Assembly (NCBI GenBank): GCA_965113315.1
Contig: OZ220371.1
Length of the DNA: 64,000 nucleotides
Source: Podarcis vaucheri
Lineage: Eukaryota
Reading direction: 5' to 3' (one strand)
The notes beneath the pieces were generated by a model that did no database searches, was not told the origin of the DNA, and was given only the letters and a program-made list of their open reading frames with translations. Shown in pieces: positions 13,388 to 25,242 of this stretch (position 1 is the stretch's first letter; each line of letters begins with the position of its first letter). A program made the translations under genes and the position numbers.

Positions 13388-13879
13388 TGTGGCGATCGCA
13401 CAGGGCCCCCGGACGTTTGACGGTCTAGTGACCCTGTGCCACCACTATGATTGCTTACTTCGCTGCCAACCACCCCGCTTCTCACAGGGGACACACGGAG
13501 TCCAGACAGTTGTTAACATTAACAAATAATCAAGTTTATTTTTAAATGCAGGAACAAGCGTATGGTTTCAGTTTATTTTTCTCTTGTCAGTTTCTTAATC
13601 TTAGTTCCTAACAACTCCAAACTGATTATTCCAACCATCTATCTGACTCAACCTAACAATTCCTCTCACTCTCTCACTATACAACTCGACCAACCCACTG
13701 CCTATTCCTCCCTCTTCCTTCTTCAACTCCCAAACCTCAACTCTCAACTCCCAAACCTCAACTCACTTTCAAAACCTCCCACTCTAACTTTTACTCCCCC
13801 CTTGCATTCTCACTGGCCAATCACATCACACCCATTTTAACCCTTTCGTTATGACCCATCCTAGGAAGCAAACGCCACA
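13388..13879 (-). mobile_element. Solo LTR
   Basis: Perfect inverted termini TGTGGCG...CGCCACA; 5-bp TSD CCCAT (13383-13387, 13880-13884); AATAAA on the minus strand; left end homologous to 9192. Confidence 0.87.
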
Positions 13880-14721
13880 CCCATCATTTTTGCTTTCAAC
13901 TTCAAAATAGAGAAAATCGGTTCCTAAGTACAGCAATTGTAACATTTAAGGATTCAAAGTCACAGGGCAAGTAGAAAAATAGAGGACTGTTGCCATTGTC
14001 AGTGTGCAACTCTACCCCTAATCTGTTCATCTTGTTGCTAGTCTTGAAATGCAGATGGCCAACGTATTGGCTTACCGTTTCTCCTTCCAAAACAGATGGT
14101 CACTGTGGTAGTGAGGACACCCCTTTTAAACATCTGTGACCAAAGAGATGGGCTTCTCTATATTAAGGTGGTGCTTGTGGATAAGAGAGGCAGACATTTA
14201 CTTGTAGCAACAGAAAAATATGCTGTTCCTGGATAAGTGATTTAAAGTAGAACTATGCAGCATATGCAGCTGTTCCTTGCCATTACCAGAGAATCTAAAT
14301 ATCTTAAAAGACACACACACTCTTCAGAAAAATATGTTATTAAATTCCTGAAGAGACTAGGTGGTGATTCTTGGGAAAGGGGGAAGTTAAAGCCTCCAGA
14401 ACTATGTAAGAAAAAAAGTGAATCATTTCTGCTTGAAGATAACCATATAAAGTATGGCCACCCAGGAAAAGTTTATCAAAATCCATGATATAAACTAACA
14501 GCTTTTTCCTTAAATAAAAAATCTTAAAAAATCAACATTGCACTGAAAGTGGCTCCCCATCAAAAAAAGGGTTGAAATATGCAGTTTCCAAACCTGCAGT
14601 TTCCAAACAATGAGTTTACAGTATTTTAAATGTAAATATTCTTCTTTGTTCTCATTGATCTGTAGTAAAATGTTTTTTACTTTGCTTATTTTTATTTATT
14701 TATGCAATGTAAGAATCTTAG

Positions 14722-14900
14722 TAGGAATGTAGGCAGCTGCCTTATACTGAGTCAGATTTATTGGCCTATCTAGCACACTAATGTCTGCACTGGCACAATA
14801 GCACAATAGGGAAAATTCCCAACCCTACCTAGAGATGTTAGGGATTGAATTGGGTACCATATGCTTGCAAAGCAGATCCATAACCACTATGCTACAGCCA
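14722..14900 (-). mobile_element. Degraded tRNA-head SINE with CR1-like tail (Squam3-like)
   Basis: Minus strand reads ggctgtagcatagtggtt...ccaattcaatccc (A/B-box-like) and ends in tctgactcagtataaggcagctg. Confidence 0.55.
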
Positions 14901-16084
14901 TTTCCTATTACTACTACTCAGTGCAATTTTTCTATATAAAGAGGTGCCAGAACTCACCACGAATGCCCCCCTTGTTCTCTTATAATGGCAATCATGCTCA
15001 CCTGAGAGGTGAGTTCCAGATGGAAAAAAGCCCCACTTCTATGACTACGACTACTACCATAAGCCCATTGTTCCTATAGAACTGGGGAGAGAAGCAGAGC
15101 TCACCAATACCTTTTACCAACAGTCACATCCATGCATTTTCTCTGGTGCAGCAATTATTAGCTCTGGAAGGTAATTTACATCAGAAAAACTGTGTGCAGA
15201 GAGCGTCTGAATACCCAGTTCCTGGTGCCATAGTGCTGATCCAATTTGCACACACAAACACACCAGCAGATATTGTTCAAAAGTTATTTAAATAGATGGG
15301 AAATTCAGCCATGGCTCTCTAATATCTTGTCTGGTTTGGCATTTCTGTTTTCACTGTAAAGAATAAAAATCCTTTAAAAGCAAAACACACACACACTCTA
15401 GTTATTTTGGGCAACAGAGAGCAAAGAAAGCAAAAGATGAAGGATAAATTTGGCCCACATATATAAACAGACCATGTCAACACTAAGTAACCAAGGTACT
15501 GGTTATACAACAGTCCCAGGCTATTACTGATCTAAGAATGCTTATATAAGGGACTGTAATAAAGTTAAGATGGTATCTTACATTGGGCCCAAGTTGTTTG
15601 GGAGTGACTATTCAAGAGTTCAGCTTTGCAAAAAAATAATGAAAAAGTAGAAAAAGTAATAAAGTCAATTTGTAAGAGAGCAATCTTGGCTCTCATAAAT
15701 ACCATTTTAGTCATCACCCCCACCTCCACTGCTATCATTATTTTCTGGAGGAAAACACTCTCTTAGGGAGTCCAGTAGTCATTTTGATATTTTCTGTAAC
15801 TGCAGCTCTTTTAGTACAACAGTGTTCTTTGCTCAGATGTAGCTTGTCAAAATACAGGATCATGCCAGAATATTTATATTTCACTCCTTGTAGATTAATG
15901 GGTGATAGTCAGTCCTTTAGGAAAGTAAATCCCATAAATCATAGCAACTCCAGTGTGTAACACAGTATGGATTCAGCCCCTCATGCTTCAGGGTGAGGAA
16001 TAGCCCAGGCAAAAGTATAAATCTCCTTCTATGCCAAAGCCAGGTTCTGGCTTCTTGCTCCTGTCTAGAAATACTACAATTTAA

Positions 16085-16944
16085 CTCTGCCTGTGCCACA
16101 AATCCAACTCAATGGTGTAACATTGGAAAATGTCAATCACTTCTCCTACCTAGGCAGTTATCTTTCCACAAGGGCCAACACTGGTGCCGAAATCCAGCAT
16201 TGCCTGAGCACTGCGAGTGTGGCTTTCTCCTGATTGAAGTGCAGAGTGTTTGAGGACATTTGCAGGGAAACCAAAATGCTCGTTTACAAAGCTATTGTAC
16301 TACCAACCTTACTATATGCTTGTGAAACATGGACCACTTATAAACGCCATCTCCAACTCCTCGAAAGATTCCATCAACGGTGTCTCCGAAATTTTTTTAC
16401 ACATCACTTGGGAAGACAGGAAAACTAATATCAGTGTACTGGAAGAAGCAAAGATCACCAGTGTTGAAGCAATGATTCTTCAACATCAACTGTGTTGGAC
16501 TGGTCATGTTGTGTGGATGCCTGATGATTGTCTTCCAAAGCAACTACTCTATTCCAAACTTAAAAATGGAAAGCATAATGTTGGTGGTCAACAAAAGAGG
16601 TTTAAAGACTGTCTCAAGGGAAATCTTAAAAAATGTAGTATAAACATTGACAACTGGGAAACACTGGCCTGCGAGCGCTCCAGTTGGAGAACAGCCTTTA
16701 CCAAAGGTGTCATGGGCTTTGAAGACACTCAAACTCAGGAAGCAAGGGAGAAACATGCTAAGAGGAAGGCACGCTTGGCAAATCCACACCATGATCAACT
16801 CCCGCCCAGAAACCTTCCCCACTGTGGAAGGACGTGTGGATCCAGAATTGGCCTCCACAGTCACTTATGGACTCATTGTTAAAACCATGTTTATGGAAGA
16901 CAATCTTACTCAGCTATGAGTGATCGCCAAAGAAGAAGAAGAAG
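16085..16944 (+). mobile_element. RTE-clade LINE 3' fragment, frameshifted
   Basis: Peptides VYKAIVLPTLLYACETWT and PHCGRTCGSRIGLHSHLWTH (RTE C-terminal Zn motif); (GAA)n tail. Confidence 0.88.
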
Positions 16945-17789
16945 AGCTCCTTGGAGCACTGATGGTGTAGGTTTGCCATCCTGCAGAACTCCTTACAACA
17001 CAACTGAACTAGAAAAGGATACTTGAGTACTAGGAAATATGAATGCCTTCTTCTAAAGGTGTACCCCTACAAGCACTCATTCTGATAGTAATGTATGCCC
17101 TCTAATAATATATTTATTTCTTTTAGGGCTCAGCTAAAAGCTGCAACGTACAGGCAAGTGATTTCTGGCATTCTTTCTTTTTTCCCTCTCTTCACATTTT
17201 AGTTTTTCCATTAATGGATAGCTGTGATCAGAACAGCATGTTTATTTCTCTCTCCCCAGTTAGATTCTGCCTCCAGCAGAGCAGAATGTCCTGATGTGGC
17301 CATTAGAACAAAAGATACAGTTTTGTAATGCGCTATTGGTTCTCCCTCCCCTCCTTTTGTAATCTGTCCTTATTGGGAGAAGAGTGGGATAGAAATATGT
17401 GGTGGTGGTAGTGCTGGTTGTATCTTCTTTCTCTTGTGTACCCTTTGTACTCTTCTATCAAATGGCCATCTTCTCTCATTTGGCCTTACAGCTTCCTTGT
17501 GTCTTCACTAAACTGGCCATCAAGGTTGAGATAATGTGGCAGGAGTTGCCTTGTCCTCCTGGCCTCAAAATTCTCTCATGCTCTTGAGAAGGAAGTGTTT
17601 CAAGGGAAGGCAGAGGAGCCAATATGCTACTGATATCACCAAGGGGAGGGAAAGATAACTTCATCATGCCCATCTCCCATCATGGGCTTACCATATGCAC
17701 GGAATTTGCTGAAACTTTGCCAAAAAAAGCTTATAATTTTTTTGCATCTGGATTTTCACTTTTTGAAATATGGCAACCCTACATCAGAT

Positions 17790-19451
17790 TGTTGTTGTTT
17801 AGTCGTTTAGTCGTGTCCGACTCTTTGTGACCCCATGGACCAGAGCACGCCAGGCACTCCTGACTTCCACTGCCTCCTGCAGTTTGGTCAGACTCATGCT
17901 GGTAGCTTCGAGAACACTGTCCAACCATCTCGTCCTCTGTCGTCCCCTTCGTCTTGTGCCCTCAATCTTTCCCAACATCAGGGTCTTTTCCAGGGAGTCT
18001 TCTCTTCTCATGAGGTGGCCAAAGTATTGGAGCCTCAGCTTCACGATCTGTCCTTCCAGTGAGCACTCAGGGCTGATTTCCTTAAGAATGGATACGTTTG
18101 ATCTTCTTGCAGTCCATGGGACTCTCAAGAGTCTCCTCCAGCACCATAATTCAAAAGCATCAATTCTTCGGCGATCAGCCTTCTTTGTGGTCCAGCTCTC
18201 ACTTCCACACATCACTACCGGGAAAACCATGGCTTTAACTATACGGACCTTTGTTGGTAAGGTAATGTCTCTGCTTTTTAAGATGCTGTCTAGGTTTGCC
18301 ATCGCCTTTCTCCCAAGGAGCAGGCGTCTTTTAATTTTGTGACTGCTGTCACCATCTGCAGTGATCATGAAGCCCAAGAAAGTAAAATCTCTCACTGCCT
18401 CCATTTCTTCCCCTTCTATTTGCCAGGAGGTGATGGGCCCAGTGGCCATGATCTTCGTTTTTTTTGATGTTGAGCTTCACACCATATTTTGCGCTCTCCT
18501 CTTTCACCCTCATTAAAAGGTTCTTTAATTCCTCCTCACTTTCTGCCATCAAGGTTGTGTCATCTGCATATCTCAGGTTGTTGATATTTCTTCCGGCAAT
18601 CTTAATTCCGGCTTGGGATTCATCCAGCCCAGCCTTTCGCATGATGAATTCTGCATATAAGTTAAATAAGTAGGGAGACAATATACAGCCTTGCTGTACT
18701 CCTTTCCCAATTTTGAACCAATCAGTTGTTCCATATCCAGTTCTAACTGTAGCTTCTTGTCCCACATAGAGATTTCTCAGGAGACAGATGAGGTGATCAG
18801 ACACTCCCATTTCTTTAAGAACATGCCGTAGTTTGCTGTGGTCGACACAGCCAAAGGCTTTTGCATAGTCAATGAAGCAGAAGTAGATGTCTTTCTGGAA
18901 CTCTCTAGCTTTCTCCATAATCCAGCGCATGTTTGCATTTTGGTCTCTGGTTCCCCTGCCCCTTCGAAATCCAGCTTGCACTTCTGGGAGTTCTCGGTCC
19001 GCATACTGCTTAAGCCTGCCTTGTAGAATTTTAAGCATAACCTTGCTAGCGTGTGAAATGAGTGCAATTGTACGGTAGTTGGAGCATTCTTTGGCACTTC
19101 CCTTCTTTGGGATTAGGATGTAGACTGATCTTCTCCAATCCTCTGGCCACTGCTGAGTTTTCCAAATTTGCTGGCATATTGAGTGTAGCACCTTAACAGC
19201 ATCATCTTTTAAAATTTTAAATAGTTCAGCTGGAATATCATCACTTCCACTGGCCTTGTTATTAGCAGTGCTTTCTAAGGCCCATTTGACTTCACTCTCC
19301 AGGATGTCTGGCTCAAGGTCAGCAACCACACTACCTGGGGTATACGAGACATCCATTTCTTTCTGGTATAGTTCCTCTTTGTATTCTTGCCACCTCTTCT
19401 TGATGTCTTCTGCTTCTGTTAGGTCCTTTCCACTTTTGTCTTTTATTATGG
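17790..19451 (-). mobile_element. RTE-BovB LINE, 5'-truncated, single frameshift
   Basis: ORFs 18349-19356 (NYRTIALISHASK, NNLRYADDTTL) and 17799-18449 (AWRALVHGVTKSRTRLND, BovB C-terminus). Frameshift in the T-run near 18460; (CAA)n tail; 79-bp flanking direct repeats. Confidence 0.95.
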
Positions 19452-19823
19452 AAACTTTATTATGGAAACTTTGCCAAAAAAAGCTTATAACTTTTTTGCG
19501 TCTGGATTTTCACTTTTTGAAATATGGCAACCCTACATCAGATAGGAACAAATAAACCTATATTTCTCAGTTCTTTCCTTTAACCCTCAGCCTTCGCCAA
19601 GGGTTTAACATTCCTGGTATGCAGCCAAATGCACATCTTTGCAATACTACAGCTTCTCCCCTACAGACAGGCAATTGCTCCATCAGAGCATGGGTTTGTT
19701 GGGGGGGCAAGTCTTTTGTTGGAGGGGGCAGAACCTCAGTTAGCTATATTGATTTATACTGATTTTTATTGATGGGGGGGCATTTGCCCCTCCCTGCCCC
19801 ACTTGTCTATGCCCATGCATTAG

Positions 19824-19933
19824 AGTTTGGATTTGATATCCCGCCTTTCACTCCCCTTCAGGAGTCTCAAAGCGGCTAACATTCTCCTTTCCCTTCCTCC
19901 CCCACAACAAACACTCTGTGAGGTGAGTGGGGA
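19824..19933 (-). mobile_element. SINE 3' fragment with L2-type tail (Squam2/CORE-like)
   Basis: gatatcccgcctttcactcc...ctcaaagcggctaac...cccacaacaaacactctgtgaggtgag. Confidence 0.5.
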
Positions 19934-20383
19934 GCCCTCTTTCACTAGGAACTTCCTGTAATTTGCCTATTTCCTGTGTGTTCTTTGTTTTTCTGCAAAG
20001 AAGGGGTTCAGAGGACTATTATGCAACATCACAACTAGCAGCAAGCTGGCCTGGGGATCCACTGCTGCCATCATTGTCAATTTGGATGAAGAGTCGGTCC
20101 AGGTAAGCTGGTAGAAGCAAGTTGCCAGGTTAGCCACAACTTCTGGCCACTAAGTTTACAGCATTAACATTCCCACAGCCTCTGCTCCCTGTTAGGGGTT
20201 GGGAGCCCTGCATTGCTGTAGAATTGGATCCAGCATAGAGTGCAAGAGTGCATAGAGTGCATCTCTTTTCAGATCCAGTCCCAAAACTGGCGATCCTTTG
20301 TTTTCATACCAACACAGACACCTCACAGATACCACCTCCACCCAGGATTGGGAAGGGAAAGGCATGTTCAGCTTCCAGAAATA

Positions 20384-20707
20384 CAGTGGTGCCTCGCAAG
20401 ACGAAAAGAATCCGTTCTGTGATTCTCTTCGTCTAGCGGTTTTTTCGTCTTGTGAAGCAAGCCCATTGACGGATTAGCGGATTAGCGCTATTAGCGGCTT
20501 ATCTGCTGATCGGATCAGCTGATAAGCGGCTTAGCGGCTTAGAAAAAAGGGGGGAGGAAAAAAAAACAGCAGGAACTCGCAAGACATTGTCGTCTTGCGA
20601 AGCAAGCCCATAGGAGATTCGTTTTGCGAAGCACCTCCAAAACAGAAAACCCTTTCGTCTAGCGGGTTTTCTGTCTTGCGAGGCATTCGTCTTGCGGGGC
20701 ACCACTG
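20384..20707. mobile_element. Tc1/mariner-pogo (Tigger-type) MITE
   Basis: 22-bp TIR CAGTGGTGCC(T/C)CGCAAGACGAA at both ends, TA TSD. Confidence 0.92.
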
Positions 20708-20851
20708 TACCTTTATGCCTTATCTAATAGTTTCTGTGATAACCCATTACGAAAAAGATACTTAACAGACCCAGCTAAGCTATTTATTTTAGAAAAACTC
20801 ATTTGACCACCTTAGCAGACCACTCCCACTCCCCCCCCCAAATCCCATGTA

Positions 20852-21168
20852 AGTAAAGGTAACGGGACCCCTGACCATTAGGTCCAGTCATGACCAACTC
20901 TGGGGTTGCGGCGCTTTTCTTGCTTTACTGGCCGAGGGAGCTGGCGTACAGCTTCCGGGCCATGTGGGCAGCATGACTAAGCCACTTCTGGCAAACCAGA
21001 GCAGTGCACAGAAATGCCGTTTACCTTCCAGCCTATTTATCTACTTGCACTTTGACGTGCTTTTGAAGTGTTAGGTTGGCAGGAGCAGGGACTGATCAAT
21101 GGGAGCTCACCCTGTCGCGGGGATTCAAACCACCGACTTTCTGATCAGCAAGTCCTAGGCTCCGTGGT
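20852..21168 (-). mobile_element. Sauria SINE, slightly 5'-truncated
   Basis: Reverse complement of the SINE at 52344; 16-bp TSD CCCCAAATCCCATGTA. Confidence 0.9.
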
Positions 21169-22289
21169 CCCCAAATCCCATGTAGTTATATATAAAAAAT
21201 GGCCCTCTTCAGACATTTCAGAAATGTATAGGACTACACCTCCAACCAATTTAGGGAAAATCTTTGATGGAACAGCTGCTAGCCCATTCAAACCCAGGAT
21301 AGATTAGAAATTATCCCAGGAGAGTCTTATTTTGAAATCTTGTTTTCTTTTGGATAGTAAAGGAATGTGCTTTGAACTTCTTCCATGTTGTAGTCTTTGG
21401 AAGCTCAGTGTTATTCTATGTTGTTCATCTTGTTAAGAGTTCATGACAAAGAGTTCTTCTAAACAGGAAGGCTGTTTTATTTCTGTCTCCTGAACGATGA
21501 TAACTGAACCGAATTCTCTTAAAAAAAAAAAAAAACACCTCTTGAATATCTTTCTTAATCATTGACATCAGGGAAGGTGTACCAGGTTGACAGCAATTTG
21601 TTTGTGTTCAACTTTGGAAACTTCTTAAGGGTGCTGGAAAATTACCACTGCAGACCTACAAGGAGGAATTGAGAAAGAAACAGGTAGTGATGGTGATGGG
21701 GAGACATAATCCACCCACATTTTGTCACTTGGATTATTAAGGTACAGTAAAGACTTTGCTCATCGCTGCATTCGTTCAAATGAAAGGAACTGTGGCCATT
21801 AAACAATTACCTTTGAAGAAACTGATGATAAATCAAAAAAGTATTGCCAGTGACATGGTAATTTTGGATTCAGTTTAAAGTTGTCCAGTGGCTCAAGCAG
21901 GACCATACAAAGATATTTTAAAGCACACACAAGAGGGTTATGAAAAGGATAAACATCTATCGTTGAGGAAGATTAATGTGCAGGGACAGGCAACATAAAC
22001 AACAATCCCCATCGCCCCTAAAATAGATTGAACTCATGAGAAGGTAAATTTACACATTCAGTTTTTTCATGCATTGGCCATGATGTCCAGGAAATCTCCC
22101 AGGGAAAGGTGTTACACCTCACTAATTGGCATGAAGCTTACAAAGCGGAACTAAAGTGCTTTGTTAAGGTATAAGCAGAAGAAAGAAGGGAGGGGGGGAA
22201 ATGCATGTGAAAAAAGATTTCTGCCATAGGGGAAAAAGAAGAAGCTGACCTGTTTCTCTAAGGGATGGGGCATTTGATTAATTCTGGAT

Positions 22290-22323
22290 ACACACACACA
22301 CACACACACACTCACTCACACAC
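22290..22323. repeat. (CA)n microsatellite
   Basis: Dinucleotide run seen directly. Confidence 0.9.
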
Positions 22324-22348
22324 TTCAAGAAGATTGAAAGGTTTCTTC

Positions 22349-23552
22349 TTCTTTTTTGCCAAATATTTTTTATTAAAATTCCATTTAACAAACCAATCAT
22401 ATCATATTAATTATTCCAAATTATATCAATGCATATCACAAAGTCCAAATTTTAACCGAATTTTGAATTTTTGGTGGGGGGTACCCATGCTTCGAGTTCG
22501 GTAGGGGTCCAATCATCTTATATTTCTGCTGCTTTGAAATTCACAAATCCCATCTTCTCATCTCCTTGTTGTTATCATTTTTCTCCTTAATAACCTCCGA
22601 GTTGTTTCCACAAGTGAGTTGAAAGGAACGTTGTTTATATTTCTGTGTGAACTTTGTAATGCTCTCCGGTAATTAATCTCACGTAGATCCAAAAATCCAA
22701 AAGTCCTGTTCAAGCCGCCGTCGCCATTTTAGTCAGTTCCGATGAAATACAGTCTAGGCGTCCGCTCCTTAATTTTCCCAGACCAGTTGCACCATAAATC
22801 AGTCTTTCCAGAAGGGTTATTGCCCTTTCAAATTTACGATCCAATCCTGATAACAGAACAGTGGCTCACCCCCCCCCCGATGACTGTAGATCTTGCAACA
22901 AAGTCTGACTCGTAATGGCGGATCGCATTTGTAACTACGCCACAAGAAAGCCTCTTTTCTTTTCAGATCTTTCACAAAGTAAAACCTTTTGTTAGTATTT
23001 TTTGTTTCCACACAGTTTATTTTTCAGTCTCACTTGCTATCAGTCATTGTGACGGTTCTTCGGGGGGGGGGTTATTAGGTAAATCATGGTGAAAAAGAAA
23101 GAAAGTCCCCCCCCTTTCCGTTCCATTCAACATACCGACATGGCTGTGATTCCTTGATGTAGTCTTCTGTTCATTCCGTCCCATCACTCTTGCTTATCTT
23201 CTCAGTGGTAGATTTATTTAGCAGATAATACACCCCTGACTTCGCTCAAAACATGTGCATTTACTTACTCCAATTTTTTTTATATTAAGCCATGCAACTA
23301 GTTTCGCTCCTGAAAGCGGCGTCCGGGAGCTCCGGAGCTCGCGCGAGGGCTTTCCGCCCAGTGCCCCCACCCCCTCCTTCTTTCGAACTCGGGGGTGATT
23401 TATGGGCAACCGCGGGCAAGGCAGCATCTTCCCACCCCCTGGGAAGAAGAAGGGAGGCTGATATACTCCCCATAATCAGCCTCTAATTACCTCGTGCGAG
23501 CCGGAAAGATGGTATTGTCAGCCATCTTCCAAGGCACCCCTAGCGGCCCCCC
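22349..23552 (-). mobile_element. Non-autonomous L1-like retroelement (about 1.2 kb, no long ORF)
   Basis: 17-bp TSD GATTGAAAGGTTTCTTC (22332-22348, 23553-23569). G-run 5' end with YY1-type AAGATGGC (23521-23528), CpG-rich 5' region, AATAAA (22369-22374) and short A-rich tail. Confidence 0.75.
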
Positions 23553-23954
23553 GATTGAAAGGTTTCTTCATGTAATTTGGAACAACTGTCCCTCTATAAA
23601 TTTTGTTATATCAAAGATTTAAGTGCATACAACCCCTGCCACCCTTTGCAGTAGTGCAATCCTGTGTAACTCGGATCACAGACTTAGGGTGACTCAAATA
23701 CTGTTCCCCCCAAAAGCTGTCCAAAGTAAACAGCAAGAGTATCTAGGAAGCACAGAGACTTAGGAACAAATTGAAGTTGCTAAAGTTCACACTCTAGACC
23801 CTGCCATCTTGGGAGCTTCTGGCTGGGCAATTAAGCCTGTGTGGTCTTCTTTCAGGAAGCCACTATTGAACATAACAGCAGCAAAGGAGCTGAGAAAGTG
23901 CAAATGTCACAAAATTGTTTTGGAAACTACCGGATATATTTTTAAATTTTCATT

Positions 23955-24013
23955 GCAAAGAGTTGGACTAGATGACCCTCATGGTCCCTTCCAACTTTAC
24001 AATTCTATGATTC
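23955..24013 (+). mobile_element. CR1 extreme 3' end
   Basis: gttggactagatgaccctcatggtcccttccaactttacaattctatgattc, including the ATTCTRTG tail motif. Confidence 0.75.
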
Positions 24014-24809
24014 GAAGATACAAACAGATTCAAATTTGTTTATTTGCATTTAATCATCAGACCATTATAAAACAAAGCTTTAACAGAATGAAAGTAACAC
24101 AAAGTAACAAAGAGAAGTTTAACTCAGACCCAAATAAACTACAACATAAACAAGCTTGAAATGCTGGATTTGCCTGGCAAATCACAGCATGCTCCGTTAA
24201 AGAGGAAAAATGGCTCCTTTTCAAACAAATATTAAAATGCAACAAAGTACAATGACAATCTGAATCAAATTACACAAACCCTAAATGAGTGAAAGCATCA
24301 AACAAACCTAGAATTCTGAATTCCTGTTTCCATGGCAGGAGATATCATTCTTTCTTAAGAATTTTATCCTCTCATTTGTTAGTGACAAAAAGTGTCAAAA
24401 AGTGTTTATTTCTCTTGTCCACCCAGTAGATCAATTATAGACTCAAAGTCTGCCCATCTCTTGTATAAAAATAGTTAAAGCAATTATGTATATAATGACA
24501 GCTAATTACATATATGTAATATATGAAAACAATTTCAAATCCAAAATAGAAACCAGATGGTGTCCAACAGTTTGCTAGAGAATTCTCCAGCTTTGAAAAT
24601 CATTAGTACTTGGCTCTTCCTGGATAAAAGAATTTAATAATAATTTCCAGCTGATTTTGATAAGGTCTGGCAGTACACCTCGCTGAATACTTATTGCTGG
24701 GTATCACAAGTGGAAAGAATGCTATTGCACCGAAGTCCTGCTTGTAGACTTCCCATAGGCTTCTACTTTGCCACTATGCTAGGGTGTATAGGGTGTTAGG
24801 GGAGGGGCA

Positions 24810-25200
24810 ATACCTCTGATGGGGGACATGCCATGCTCCTTCTGGGGTAGTTTGCCCACCTTTGGTCTCTACCCTGCACTCAGCTCATCTGTGGCTCCTA
24901 GAAGCTGTCAACATGTAACAGCAGCCACACCCCAGGAAACGGCCTTGACTGGCCGGCTAAACCAGATGAGGGTAGCTGATGGATCTTCTGCAGCCAAACT
25001 GGTGCCAAATGCATTGCACTGTTTCCTTTGGAGCACATCAGTGAGGCTGAGAGTCTTGTCATCTGGGCAGCCCAAGACCACTATATATACTGCTAGGGCT
25101 TGTGTCCCAGAGAGGTCACTTCAGTGATGCTAATGCAGTGATTTGGCTTCACCCCCCAGAGGCACACTCCAATGTTTCTCAAGACAGATAGATGCGACTA
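24810..25200 (+). mobile_element. RTE-related non-coding fragment or non-autonomous derivative (tentative)
   Basis: Resembles RTE 5'UTR-type sequence and ends acagatagatgcgac; no coding motifs. Confidence 0.4.
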
Positions 25201-25242
25201 AAAAGGAGAGAACAAGATGGTGGACTAGATGGGCCTCTGATT

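Noticed and set aside
9192-13879. Full-length provirus bounded by the two similar LTRs
   Set aside because: Each LTR has its own different TSD, they are too diverged, and there is no gag/pol between them (the only RT is an L2).
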